NCBI GenBank assembly: GCA_965372795.1
Contig: CBDVDR010000021.1
Coordinates: 1-58,403 of the forward strand
Origin: an uncultured bacterium
GTDB taxonomy: Bacteria; Zixibacteria; MSB-5A5; GN15; FEB-12
DNA: 58,403 bases
Direction: 5' to 3'
In this document: piece after piece, positions 50,101 through 58,380 of the stretch
How positions within the stretch are numbered: position 1 is the stretch's first letter
How the letters are laid out: each line of letters begins with the position of its first letter
Translations under genes and position numbers: made by a program
Notes under the pieces: generated by a model
Database searches by the model: none
Told to the model about the DNA's origin: nothing
What the model saw: only the letters and a program-made list of their open reading frames with translations

Positions 50101-50280
50101 ACCCAATTGATTGGTCATTCGAATATGGAATATAATAGAATCAGCATTTACATCTAAGGTATCGTTACTTGTTCCATAAAGACCGTCAACATGATCCAAA
50201 AACATTCCACTCTGAGCGAAGGTCGGTGTAGTCAACAGTAAGACAATAAAAGTTAATAACAGCAATTTTCTTGGATTCAT
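47146..50280 (-). CDS. Giant secreted protein B: cohesin-like domain, 8 cadherin/Ig-like repeats, T9SS/FlgD-like C-terminal domain
   Basis: GGAGG SD and signal peptide at 50280 (MNPRK); same repeats; LTQNYPNPFNP...KKMMMLK. Confidence 0.85.
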   Translation of the reverse strand: MNPRKLLLLTFIVLLLTTPTFAQSGMFLDHVDGLYGTSNDTLDVNADSIIFHIRMTNQLGVPTKGWTNGFRVYSNNGAEWTVPANDTIGYYTGTILPSMAEQSFVNQFSVTGEGADTVGFGGFSLFAPGIPNGFEEIVWTINIGPILPIYHRKEICLDSSYYPPAGAWKWNSGGTDMVPDWDGPHCFTIFDVAQNIPAVLDPIGDKAIGECGLLEFTVTGSNPLEPSTPPILTAENIPAGATFDDHEDGTATFSWTPDVNANASSPYSVTFKAEELGGEDTETISITVIDNQAPTIAAIAPITVKECLPVDFTLDGSDPEGLDLIYSVDVNLPGATLDANSGAYSWTPVDGDNGVHNLTFTATDPCGATFDLPVTITVNDNIAPSFTTTPGPFNNNEGDLIEFTLEATDTEGQAIVFSTVDPDMPGTATLDGVSGAFSWSPLAGAAALSPYIIDFIVTDACGLTDVITVTINLASDAAPVFTPIDPKFVDACNSVEFTVIAVDPETTSVIYSLSNLPDGASFNTTTGDFAWVPTTHDDGFYTLNFTATDEVGTQATLDVDLTVNPDGIPEFLDVFEGGVNDTTVVACNPVVFTVSATDPEGSPVGIFWEDELPEGAIFDPVIKEFSWTPTAAQGGAVYTIKFRSKDDCLTIGSRDVVITVNSNPVPIFTAQGPKFATECKDEISFTVSASDPDGTDVTLSLLNKDEMPGSDFKEDVFTWAPNLDTNITNYTALFEAVDACGATDTQEVNITITLDAKPELDQVDDITVSACDVVSFEIITSDTIKFYNDALPGSAVISEKNGIFEWTPTADEAGVYLLKFYGIDNGCGTVSDTLEVNVEVLANTPPVFLEPIIDTVINLNLIDSISFILNAIDADGFRISYLSTPLPDSAQLLDIENNNNDSGSFIWLTEFVPTGTYEITFYVEDICGVMDSTKLMFDIITGITTDQTAGIPDAYFLTQNYPNPFNPTTQIQFGLSKSSYVTLEVFNVLGQKIKTLADGQMSPNSYIVEWNGTNDNGAKVASGIYMYKLITDDYTETKKMMMLK

Positions 50281-50400
50281 ATTTGCGGGCCTCCGAAAAA
50301 CTTGAATGTTCTCATAATCATGTGAAAAAATAAACTTTAAAAGTAAACCTTTCATCTCCCCGTGGGGGCGTTACCTTTTTTATATTTACAAAATTGTCGC

Positions 50401-50692
50401 AATATAGTAATCACACCGCTGGCTGACAAGCTTCACAGTGAAAATAATTAGACAATAATATGTACAATTACGGATAATTTCAACCCCTTACTGCAAGTTT
50501 TTAGATGGAATAACAGGATATTTCCGAACTATAATTAACTATGCAGAAAAAGCTCCAACCTCCCTTAAATGTCTGTTCCCAAATAGTCACAAAGGTCTCT
50601 TCAGAAGCCATATAAGGCTCTGACATACAATGGCTTAACGACACTTAGCCAAAGTAAGTCACCAACATAGTAAATTCCGACTTATTTGTCAA
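50401..50692 (-). promoter_or_regulatory. Three tandem sigma70-like promoters
   Basis: TTGACA-N17-TATGTT (50664-50692), TTGAAA-N17-TATTAT (50455-50483), TTGTCA-N17-TATATT (50401-50429). Confidence 0.6.
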
Positions 50693-50837
50693 CAGGAAAT
50701 AAGAATTTGCACTTGTAACAATGGTATAACTTATCCAGTAATACCGCTTGCAAACAGAATTTCAAGCTGTTGATCTTTACTATATTCTTCCAGTAAAGAC
50801 GCATCAGACAGATAATGTGATTAATTATTTAAAAAAC

Positions 50838-50866
50838 AAAAAGCCCCCCGAAATCGGGAGGCTTTT
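50838..50866. terminator. Intrinsic terminator, possibly bidirectional
   Basis: AAAAAGCCCCCCG-AAAT-CGGGAGGCTTTT. Confidence 0.85.
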
Positions 50867-50932
50867 AGTATCAATATTGTAACTGCCTCAATGTGGCAGC
50901 TTTGATATTTAAATCTAAAGTGGTGTGACCAC

Positions 50933-53900
50933 TTATTTTAGCATTATCATTTTCTTGGTTTCAGAATATTTTCCGGCTTCCAGTTTATAGAAGTAAATAC
51001 CGGAAGCGACTCTTAATCCAATATCAGAAGAACCATCCCAGAAGGCGGTGTAAGTATTGGGTGACATAACTTCGTCAACCAATATTTTAATCCGCTGACC
51101 CAGCACATTGTAAACTGCAAGGGTTACGTGGGATTTTTCCGAAACGCCGAATTCAATCTGAGTTTCCGGATTGAATGGGTTCGGATAGTTCTGGCTGAGA
51201 TAGAAATCTTCCGGCAATCCGGCGCCATCGACTACCTCAACCGAAGTAGCAATACCGAATATGACCGAAATCTCGGTTGTATCAACGTCGTCTGATGCGA
51301 AGAACAAAATTTCATAATCATCAGCAACTGTGTTTTCAGTTGTTATCCATTCAAATCCGCCCACACCATTGCCACTGTCTGTAAATTTAAAAACTTCAGT
51401 AGCAGGGATTATATCAGTATCAGCCCACAACGTCAGAACAGTATTTCCGAGTGCGGTTGACGGAGCAACTTTACCAGCCGGGGCAAAGTCTTCATCTGAA
51501 GCGGTAATACGATATTCAATTAAACCACCCTGTTGAATTGATGGCGGTTCCGGGAGATCATCACCAAATACCGGCTTTGAGTTTTCAAGGACTGTGATAA
51601 CTACTAATTGTGAATCAGTTGAACCGCAGGCATCAGTTACTTTCACCCAAAGACTGTCTACTCCTGCTTCTTGGTTATTTGGTTTCCAGCTGAAATTAGC
51701 AGTGTTATTTACAGGATCGCTAAAGGTTGCATTTGGAGAAGCATTTACAAGCTCAAATTCTAAGTCTGTATCTCCACCTGCATCTATTGCTGAGAAAGTA
51801 AACCCAACAGCGATACCTTGAGTGGTTTCCTGAGCAGTATCAGATGCTGGAGCTATAGTTAATACTGGAGCTATATCAGCAGTGACTGTGATAGTTACTT
51901 CCATTGTGGCAACAACACCACATTCGTCCGTAGCTGTAAACTCGACCGCGTAAGGGCTGTTGTCACTATCACCAAGCACTAAAGGCCAACTGAATATTTT
52001 AGTATCAGGATCAAAATTTGCTGCTTCAGATGGCAGCCCGTTATGACCATATTTAGTAATTAAAACACCTTCAGGATCAGATGCCGAAATAGTAAATTCA
52101 ACCAGTTCGCATTCGGCAGCAGTAATCGGATCAATAACTACAAAGTCTGGTGCTTGATTTGCATTTATTGTTAAAGGCACGGTGAGTGTAGTGATTGTTT
52201 TGGTAACATCATTACAACCATCGTCACCTTCAAATACTATGTCAATTGAACTAGCAGTTCCAACCGGTGGTGTCCAGTTAAATTCACCTGCTTCAAATGT
52301 CGCTCCAGCAGGAATACCTTGATGGCTTAATGTAACATTATCACCATCAACATCGTTTCCAGTTACAGTGAATGTCATTAATTCACATTCTGTAACAGTA
52401 GTTGTTCCTGAAACTTCAAGTGTTGGAGGTGTGTTAATATTCACCGTAATAGTCACTGTACTGGAAACAACATTGCTACATTCATCAGTCACATTAAAAG
52501 TAACGTCAGTATTGGTGGTACCTTTATCAGGTGTCCAGGTAAACAGCCCGTCTACAAAAGTTGCACCGGTTGGAAGCCCAGTGTGACCATAAGTAATGGT
52601 TTCACCTTCAGGATCAGTTCCAACAACATTTAAAGATATTTCCTTACATTCAGTAACATCTAAAACACCGTTTACAGCGATTGTCGGTTCTTGATTTGCA
52701 GTGATAGTAATTGTAACAACCTCTGTAACAGAGTTTCCACAATCATCCTCGGCTGTAAAACTAACATCCTGTGTTCCTGCAGTTCCACTTGCCGGTGTCC
52801 ACGTAAAGAGTCCATTCACAAATTCTGCATTGCCTGGTAAGCCAAGATGTCCTAAAGTAATAGGACCGTTTTCAGGATCGGTTGCAGCTATGTTCAATGT
52901 AATTTCCTGACACTCTATAACAGGAGCTAAACCGCTCACAGTTATAGAAGGTGCCGCATTAGCTGTAACAACAACAGTTACAGCTTCAGTTACTGCATTA
53001 TCGCAGTCATCTAATCCTGTAAAAGTAATAGGATGATTACCAAGATCTCCGTTACTTGTCTCCCAGCTAAATTCGCCGGTGGCTTCATTATAAGATGCAC
53101 CAGTTGGAAGTCCTTCATGTCCAAGTGTGACTATGCCACCTTCAGGATCAAAAGGAACAATTGTAAATTCTATAAGACTGCACTCTGCACCGGTTATTGA
53201 ACCGACAACGGATAATGTTGGTGCAGCATTAGCTGTTACATTTACCGCCACAACTAAGTTGGTTGAATTACCACATGGATCATCGCCAGTAAATGTGATA
53301 TTGTATAAAGCTGCATCTCCTGAATTTGGTGTCCAGCTAAACACACCATTGTTAAATGTTGCTCCGGTAGGTAATGCCAAATGACCCAAAGTTACATCTT
53401 CTGATTCAGGATCAGTAGCAACAATTGTAAATTCAATTAACTGACACTCAATACCGCTTGTTGTTCCTTGAAATGCAAGAGTAGGCGGCTGATTAGCGTT
53501 GATAGTAATTGTAACAACTTCATTTACTGAATTATTACAATCATCAGTCGAATTGAAAGTTACGTCCTGTGTTCCAACAGTACCAGCACCAGGCGTCCAG
53601 GTAAACAGACCACCCACAAAAGTTGCTCCTGAAGGCAATCCAAGATCAGTTAAAGTCACTTCTCCACCTTCAGGGTCAATTGAAGAAACATTAAATTGTA
53701 TCTCCTGACACTCTATAACAGGTGCCAGACCACTGACTGAAATTGTTGGATCTTGATTAGTATTAATTGTTATTGTAACAATTTCTGTAACCGTATTAAA
53801 ACAATTATCCGTACCTTCAAAAGTTACATCCTGAGTCCCGGCAGTTCCAGGACCAGTTAACCAGGAAAATTCACCAGTTACTTCATCAAACGAAGCTCCA

Positions 53901-55453
53901 GCTGGCAACCCTTGATGTCCCAAAGTAACTTCTTCACCTTCAGGATCAAAAGAAGTTATTGTGAAATCAATCCGTTCACATTCTGTGGTTGTAGTAGATC
54001 CTTCAACTGAAAGCGTCGGAGCTTGATTGGCTTCAACAGTTATCGTTACTGTGAAATCTGTTGTATTTAAACAGTCATCTGTAGCTGTAAATATTATAAT
54101 GTGTTCACCGGCGTCCCCTTTGATTGGTGTCCATAAAAATAGACCATTCTCAAAAGTTGCACCCCCGGGAAGCCCGTTGTGATTCACTGTTAGAACTCCG
54201 GATTCAGCATCACTGGCACTAACACCAAATGATAATTCGGCACACTCGATAACTGTTTGAGTAGCAGAAGTAATAATGATCGGAGCTTCATCTTCAGATA
54301 TTATTAATGGAACTGTTAATGTATTAGAGGTATTGCCACAATCGTCGGTACCATTAAAAGTTGCAAAATGAGTACCCGCTTGACCAGAAGTAGGAGTCCA
54401 TGTGAATATTCCTGTTATCGGATTAAAAAATGCACCCGGTGGCAGACTCAATTCATTCAATGTAACCGGGGCACCTTCGGCATCGTCACCTGTAACAGTA
54501 AAAGTAATAGGCTCGCATTCTTTTGCAGTTGTGCCACCATCGTATGTAAGAAACGGCGCTTCATTAGGTATAATTGTCAAACTGACTGTCATTTCTGTTG
54601 ATAAACCGGAGAGAGGTGATAGAGCTGAAAACAGAATATTATATTCAGTTACTGCTTCACCATTAGCAGGTGTATAAGTAAAGGTAGCGCTTCCATCACC
54701 ATTATCAACAAAATTTGATCCGATAGGATCACCAGATACAACTGAGATTATTAGATTTGGATCACTCTGAGGGTCAGTTGCAAATAAATCTAAACTATAT
54801 TCAACACATTCCGGTGAAAATTGAGCAGCAATTTGTGGAAATTCCGGGGGCGCATCACCAGCGACACCAATTAAGAAGCAGTGTCCACCATTTTCCGAAT
54901 CACCATCCCAGGTTGGATCTGTTGATCCGACAACTAATGACCAGGTCCAGGCTCCGGCAGGCGGATAAAATGATGTATCAAGGCAGATCTCCCCGCCATT
55001 ATAGATATCACTTATCGGACCAATTTCAATTGTCCACACAATGTCATTAAACTCATCAGGAATGCCGGGAGCAAACAATGAAAATCCGCCAAATCCAACG
55101 GTATCAGCACCCATGCCATCAACAGAAAATTGGTTTACAAAACTTTGTTCAGCCATGCCAGTTGTAATGGCGCCAGTATAATATCCAATAGAATCCGGGT
55201 TAGTGACAGAAACACCCCATTCAGCACCAGAAGTTGTGTAAATACGGAATCCAGTCGTCCAGCCCTTAATGTTTTGACCAGTACTATTGTTCATTCCTAT
55301 ATGGAAAATAATAGGCGTAGCACCATCGGCAGTCAGAGTATTTTCGGGGGTTAGCCCCTCGACATGATCCAGATACATCTGTGTCTGTGCCGATGCGAAT
55401 GGTGTTGCGAGCAATAAAATGCCCAGCAAAATCGTTAGCTGTTTAAACCTCAT
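50933..55453 (-). CDS. Giant secreted protein A: cohesin-like domain, 13 cadherin/Ig-like repeats, T9SS/FlgD-like C-terminal domain
   Basis: GGAGG SD, signal peptide, 13 repeats of about 90 aa, LSQNYPNPFNP...KKMIMLK. Confidence 0.87.
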   Translation of the reverse strand: MRFKQLTILLGILLLATPFASAQTQMYLDHVEGLTPENTLTADGATPIIFHIGMNNSTGQNIKGWTTGFRIYTTSGAEWGVSVTNPDSIGYYTGAITTGMAEQSFVNQFSVDGMGADTVGFGGFSLFAPGIPDEFNDIVWTIEIGPISDIYNGGEICLDTSFYPPAGAWTWSLVVGSTDPTWDGDSENGGHCFLIGVAGDAPPEFPQIAAQFSPECVEYSLDLFATDPQSDPNLIISVVSGDPIGSNFVDNGDGSATFTYTPANGEAVTEYNILFSALSPLSGLSTEMTVSLTIIPNEAPFLTYDGGTTAKECEPITFTVTGDDAEGAPVTLNELSLPPGAFFNPITGIFTWTPTSGQAGTHFATFNGTDDCGNTSNTLTVPLIISEDEAPIIITSATQTVIECAELSFGVSASDAESGVLTVNHNGLPGGATFENGLFLWTPIKGDAGEHIIIFTATDDCLNTTDFTVTITVEANQAPTLSVEGSTTTTECERIDFTITSFDPEGEEVTLGHQGLPAGASFDEVTGEFSWLTGPGTAGTQDVTFEGTDNCFNTVTEIVTITINTNQDPTISVSGLAPVIECQEIQFNVSSIDPEGGEVTLTDLGLPSGATFVGGLFTWTPGAGTVGTQDVTFNSTDDCNNSVNEVVTITINANQPPTLAFQGTTSGIECQLIEFTIVATDPESEDVTLGHLALPTGATFNNGVFSWTPNSGDAALYNITFTGDDPCGNSTNLVVAVNVTANAAPTLSVVGSITGAECSLIEFTIVPFDPEGGIVTLGHEGLPTGASYNEATGEFSWETSNGDLGNHPITFTGLDDCDNAVTEAVTVVVTANAAPSITVSGLAPVIECQEITLNIAATDPENGPITLGHLGLPGNAEFVNGLFTWTPASGTAGTQDVSFTAEDDCGNSVTEVVTITITANQEPTIAVNGVLDVTECKEISLNVVGTDPEGETITYGHTGLPTGATFVDGLFTWTPDKGTTNTDVTFNVTDECSNVVSSTVTITVNINTPPTLEVSGTTTVTECELMTFTVTGNDVDGDNVTLSHQGIPAGATFEAGEFNWTPPVGTASSIDIVFEGDDGCNDVTKTITTLTVPLTINANQAPDFVVIDPITAAECELVEFTISASDPEGVLITKYGHNGLPSEAANFDPDTKIFSWPLVLGDSDNSPYAVEFTATDECGVVATMEVTITVTADIAPVLTIAPASDTAQETTQGIAVGFTFSAIDAGGDTDLEFELVNASPNATFSDPVNNTANFSWKPNNQEAGVDSLWVKVTDACGSTDSQLVVITVLENSKPVFGDDLPEPPSIQQGGLIEYRITASDEDFAPAGKVAPSTALGNTVLTLWADTDIIPATEVFKFTDSGNGVGGFEWITTENTVADDYEILFFASDDVDTTEISVIFGIATSVEVVDGAGLPEDFYLSQNYPNPFNPETQIEFGVSEKSHVTLAVYNVLGQRIKILVDEVMSPNTYTAFWDGSSDIGLRVASGIYFYKLEAGKYSETKKMIMLK

Positions 55454-55619
55454 AAATATATGCCTCCAATAAATTATTTAAATTCATATTAATAAATATA
55501 GACCTACGCGGTCATATTATGATTTAGTTATACGGGGAGAAAGTTATCTATTAATCTATAGAACCTCCAAAAAATTATTTTTGTACCGAATTGGATACAT
55601 TTCACCATTTGGTACGTAA

Positions 55620-55648
55620 TTTATAACATTTTTACAAGTCCCAGTCAA
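55620..55648 (-). promoter_or_regulatory. Sigma70 promoter candidate for protein A
   Basis: TTGACT-N17-TATAAA on -, immediately after the upstream terminator. Confidence 0.65.
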
Positions 55649-55649
55649 T

Positions 55650-55677
55650 AAAAAAAGCCCCTTATTTAAAGGGGCTT
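55650..55677 (-). terminator. Intrinsic terminator of the S8 gene
   Basis: AAAAAAAGCCCCTT-ATTTA-AAGGGGCTT. Confidence 0.88.
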
Positions 55678-55707
55678 AAATTATATAAGCTATTATATTT
55701 GACAGAT

Positions 55708-58092
55708 TTACTCAGAGGGTGGCGGTGGGCCGTGATTGAATAGGTATTCTACAAGATAAGTAATATCAGAAATAAATATTGAACCGTCGCCATTGACATC
55801 CCCGCCATAACGATCTACAGAACCGCCATTAAAGAGATATTCAACAAGGGCGGTTAAATCCGAGATATTGATTTCATCATCACAATTACTGTCGCCATGC
55901 GGACAAATTTTGACAAAAATCTTGCCTGGCTCATAAATCGGGAAGTAATCGCCATATATTGAAATCATATTCGGTTTTTTGAAGCTTACAGTAGCGGTAT
56001 CAATAACGATTAAATCACCCGGATCGCCGTTTTTTCCTATTGAGAAATAGAGGTTAAGTATATCTCCACTACCGGGTTGCAGGTAAATTGATTCCCCGGC
56101 GGCTTTATTACTTGATTGCATTCTAATTGAATAGCTGTTAGTTGCCGGACTTTGAGCATTATAGGTTACACTATGAAAATAATCAGTTCTTAGGCCGGCA
56201 GTTGAAAATGAATCAAGATCAATATCTACCCCTGTTTCAAATTTGAATGCGAAGATAATTTCATCAATAAGAGAAGTATTGCTTAAGTAAACAGGAATAA
56301 CGACCTCTTCCCCAACTTTCGCCTGAGCAGAATCCAGAGACAAAGTATCGCCGCGAACCCAAATATATCTTTTTAGGTGCTCTTCCCCTAATCCAAGGGG
56401 GTTATTTACGTCCACAAGCAGTGAAATATCATAAATACCCGGGTCATTAAATGTATAGGTCGGGCTTTGATCAGTAGAAATATCGCCCGTTCCAAAATTC
56501 CAATCCCATGCCGTCGGTAAATCTGGGGAAGCCGGAGATAAATCGGTGAATTGTACTTGTAATGGGGCACTGCCCTCGGTAACATCAGCTGTAAATTTTG
56601 AAAAAGGTAAATCTTTTATAGAATTATAAACATTAATTCTTCCTGCTCCTAACAGACCAACATAAACCGGATTTTGTAGATCAATATTGTCAGCCGTCGC
56701 CATTATCAGCGAGTCTACCTGTTCTTTTGATAATGAAGGCATTACTGATCTAATCAAAAGAGCTTGCCCGGCAACCATCGGGGCTGCCATTGAAGTTCCT
56801 GATTTATAGCCAATACTGGGAACATATTGATAAGAGTTGGTTGAAAGAATAGACGATCCGGGTGCGCTGACATCAATCCAGGAACCAAAGTTTGAAAAGC
56901 TTGATCTTGCATCAGAGCTTGTTGTTGAGGCGATTGATAATACATTTGTAGCAGGATCAAAATCAAGATAATCTGGACAGTCACAACTTTCGTTGCCAGC
57001 CGCATGCATAATATTTACACCATTTAAAGCAGCATTTGCCATGCCCTGAATCATAGTAGAAGTTTGTGAGGAGCCCCAACTGGCGCTAATAACATGCGCT
57101 CCGTTATTGGCGGCATAGTCTATTGCTGTTCCGCAGTTGTTAGAATTCACATAGCCATTACCGTCTGTACCTGTTGCACCAACCCGGAGACAAATAATTC
57201 TTGCCCCACGGAATGAACGATGTCCACCAAACCAGCCACCGGCAACACCGGTAACATCAGTAGCATTATTTACCATGGCATCGGCAATACCGGCACAGTG
57301 AGTACCATGACCATTAAAATCATTCGGGTCATTATCAGTACCACCTCCATCTTCACCCGGATAAACTCCCCCGCCTAATCCGGTGAAAAAGTCATATCCG
57401 ATCAAATCGTCAGTTACACCATTGCCGTCATCATCAATCCCGTTCATATCATCTATATCATATACAACACCATCGCCATCGATATCTTCACCGGGATTAA
57501 CCCAAATATTTCCTTTTAGATCAGGATGTTTATAATTAACACCGCTATCAATCAAAGCCAGTTTTATTGAATCCGAGCCTGTTTCTAAATCCCAGGCATC
57601 AAAAACATGCGGATCATTTCCGGCGGGAGACATATGCCATTGACTAAAATATTCAGGATCGTCAGGATTAATCAATAATGGCAACGCCCAAACCGGTTCA
57701 GCGTTACGGATATTTGGATTTTGAAGCAGAGCTTCCACCACACTTCCCACTTCAATTGCTTCAGGAAAAGTTATTTCATAAAAGCGAGTGAGATCATGTA
57801 AACCAGAGCCAATGGGCGGTTTTTCTGTTCTCCAGGGAAACAGTTTTCTGGAGTCATTGACTTGAAAATCATCAAGAATCTTATCAAGGCTTGGCATCCC
57901 AAATCTTACTAATCCAAACCCTTTATTCATATTTTGAGGATCAACATCATCCTCAAATTGAATAGTTACTAAGCCTTTGATAATATAAGGCTTGGGCTGT
58001 TCTACACCGGCAATATAATTAGCCTGCAATGATGTCGAAATCAATAGCCCTGTAACAACGAATACAAATGCAATTAACTTTCCCCGGGTCAT
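55708..58092 (-). CDS. Secreted S8 subtilase with propeptide, PKD, cohesin-like and C-terminal dockerin domains
   Basis: Triad LIDSG / HGTHCAG / GTSMAAP plus AAGN; PKD WDWNFGTG; duplicated dockerin segments GDSNCDDEINISDLTALVEYLF and GDVNGDGSIFISDITYLVEYLF. Confidence 0.93.
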   Translation of the reverse strand: MTRGKLIAFVFVVTGLLISTSLQANYIAGVEQPKPYIIKGLVTIQFEDDVDPQNMNKGFGLVRFGMPSLDKILDDFQVNDSRKLFPWRTEKPPIGSGLHDLTRFYEITFPEAIEVGSVVEALLQNPNIRNAEPVWALPLLINPDDPEYFSQWHMSPAGNDPHVFDAWDLETGSDSIKLALIDSGVNYKHPDLKGNIWVNPGEDIDGDGVVYDIDDMNGIDDDGNGVTDDLIGYDFFTGLGGGVYPGEDGGGTDNDPNDFNGHGTHCAGIADAMVNNATDVTGVAGGWFGGHRSFRGARIICLRVGATGTDGNGYVNSNNCGTAIDYAANNGAHVISASWGSSQTSTMIQGMANAALNGVNIMHAAGNESCDCPDYLDFDPATNVLSIASTTSSDARSSFSNFGSWIDVSAPGSSILSTNSYQYVPSIGYKSGTSMAAPMVAGQALLIRSVMPSLSKEQVDSLIMATADNIDLQNPVYVGLLGAGRINVYNSIKDLPFSKFTADVTEGSAPLQVQFTDLSPASPDLPTAWDWNFGTGDISTDQSPTYTFNDPGIYDISLLVDVNNPLGLGEEHLKRYIWVRGDTLSLDSAQAKVGEEVVIPVYLSNTSLIDEIIFAFKFETGVDIDLDSFSTAGLRTDYFHSVTYNAQSPATNSYSIRMQSSNKAAGESIYLQPGSGDILNLYFSIGKNGDPGDLIVIDTATVSFKKPNMISIYGDYFPIYEPGKIFVKICPHGDSNCDDEINISDLTALVEYLFNGGSVDRYGGDVNGDGSIFISDITYLVEYLFNHGPPPPSE

Positions 58093-58347
58093 TCTTTACT
58101 CCATTATTACTAAATAGGTTAAATCTCTCATTATTATATATTACGACATATATTCATATTTCTAAACATTTGATACATTAAAATGTTCATCGTGTTTTTT
58201 AATCAGATCTAAATTGCTCAGCCTGACTTTTTCGGAGTATTCGACAGGTACAATAATACGCCTAAAATATAATAGAAATTCCATTAAATCCAAGTATAAT
58301 ATTGTTTGGAAATACATGGTAATTTATTAAATCTCACGTAGTTATAT

Positions 58348-58380
58348 AAAAAAAACAGCCGCTCCGGATTGGAGCGGCTG
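58348..58380 (-). terminator. Intrinsic terminator of a gene beyond the window
   Basis: A8 run followed by CAGCCGCTCC-GGATT-GGAGCGGCTG. Confidence 0.88.

Noticed and set aside
50281..50700. c-di-GMP or other known riboswitch in the long leader
   Set aside because: I could not find the characteristic conserved motifs by eye; an Infernal search is needed to exclude it fully
48788..54677. Plus-strand ORFs opposite the giant genes
   Set aside because: They are antisense shadows of repetitive Thr/Val/Asp-rich coding sequence, with no SD or motifs
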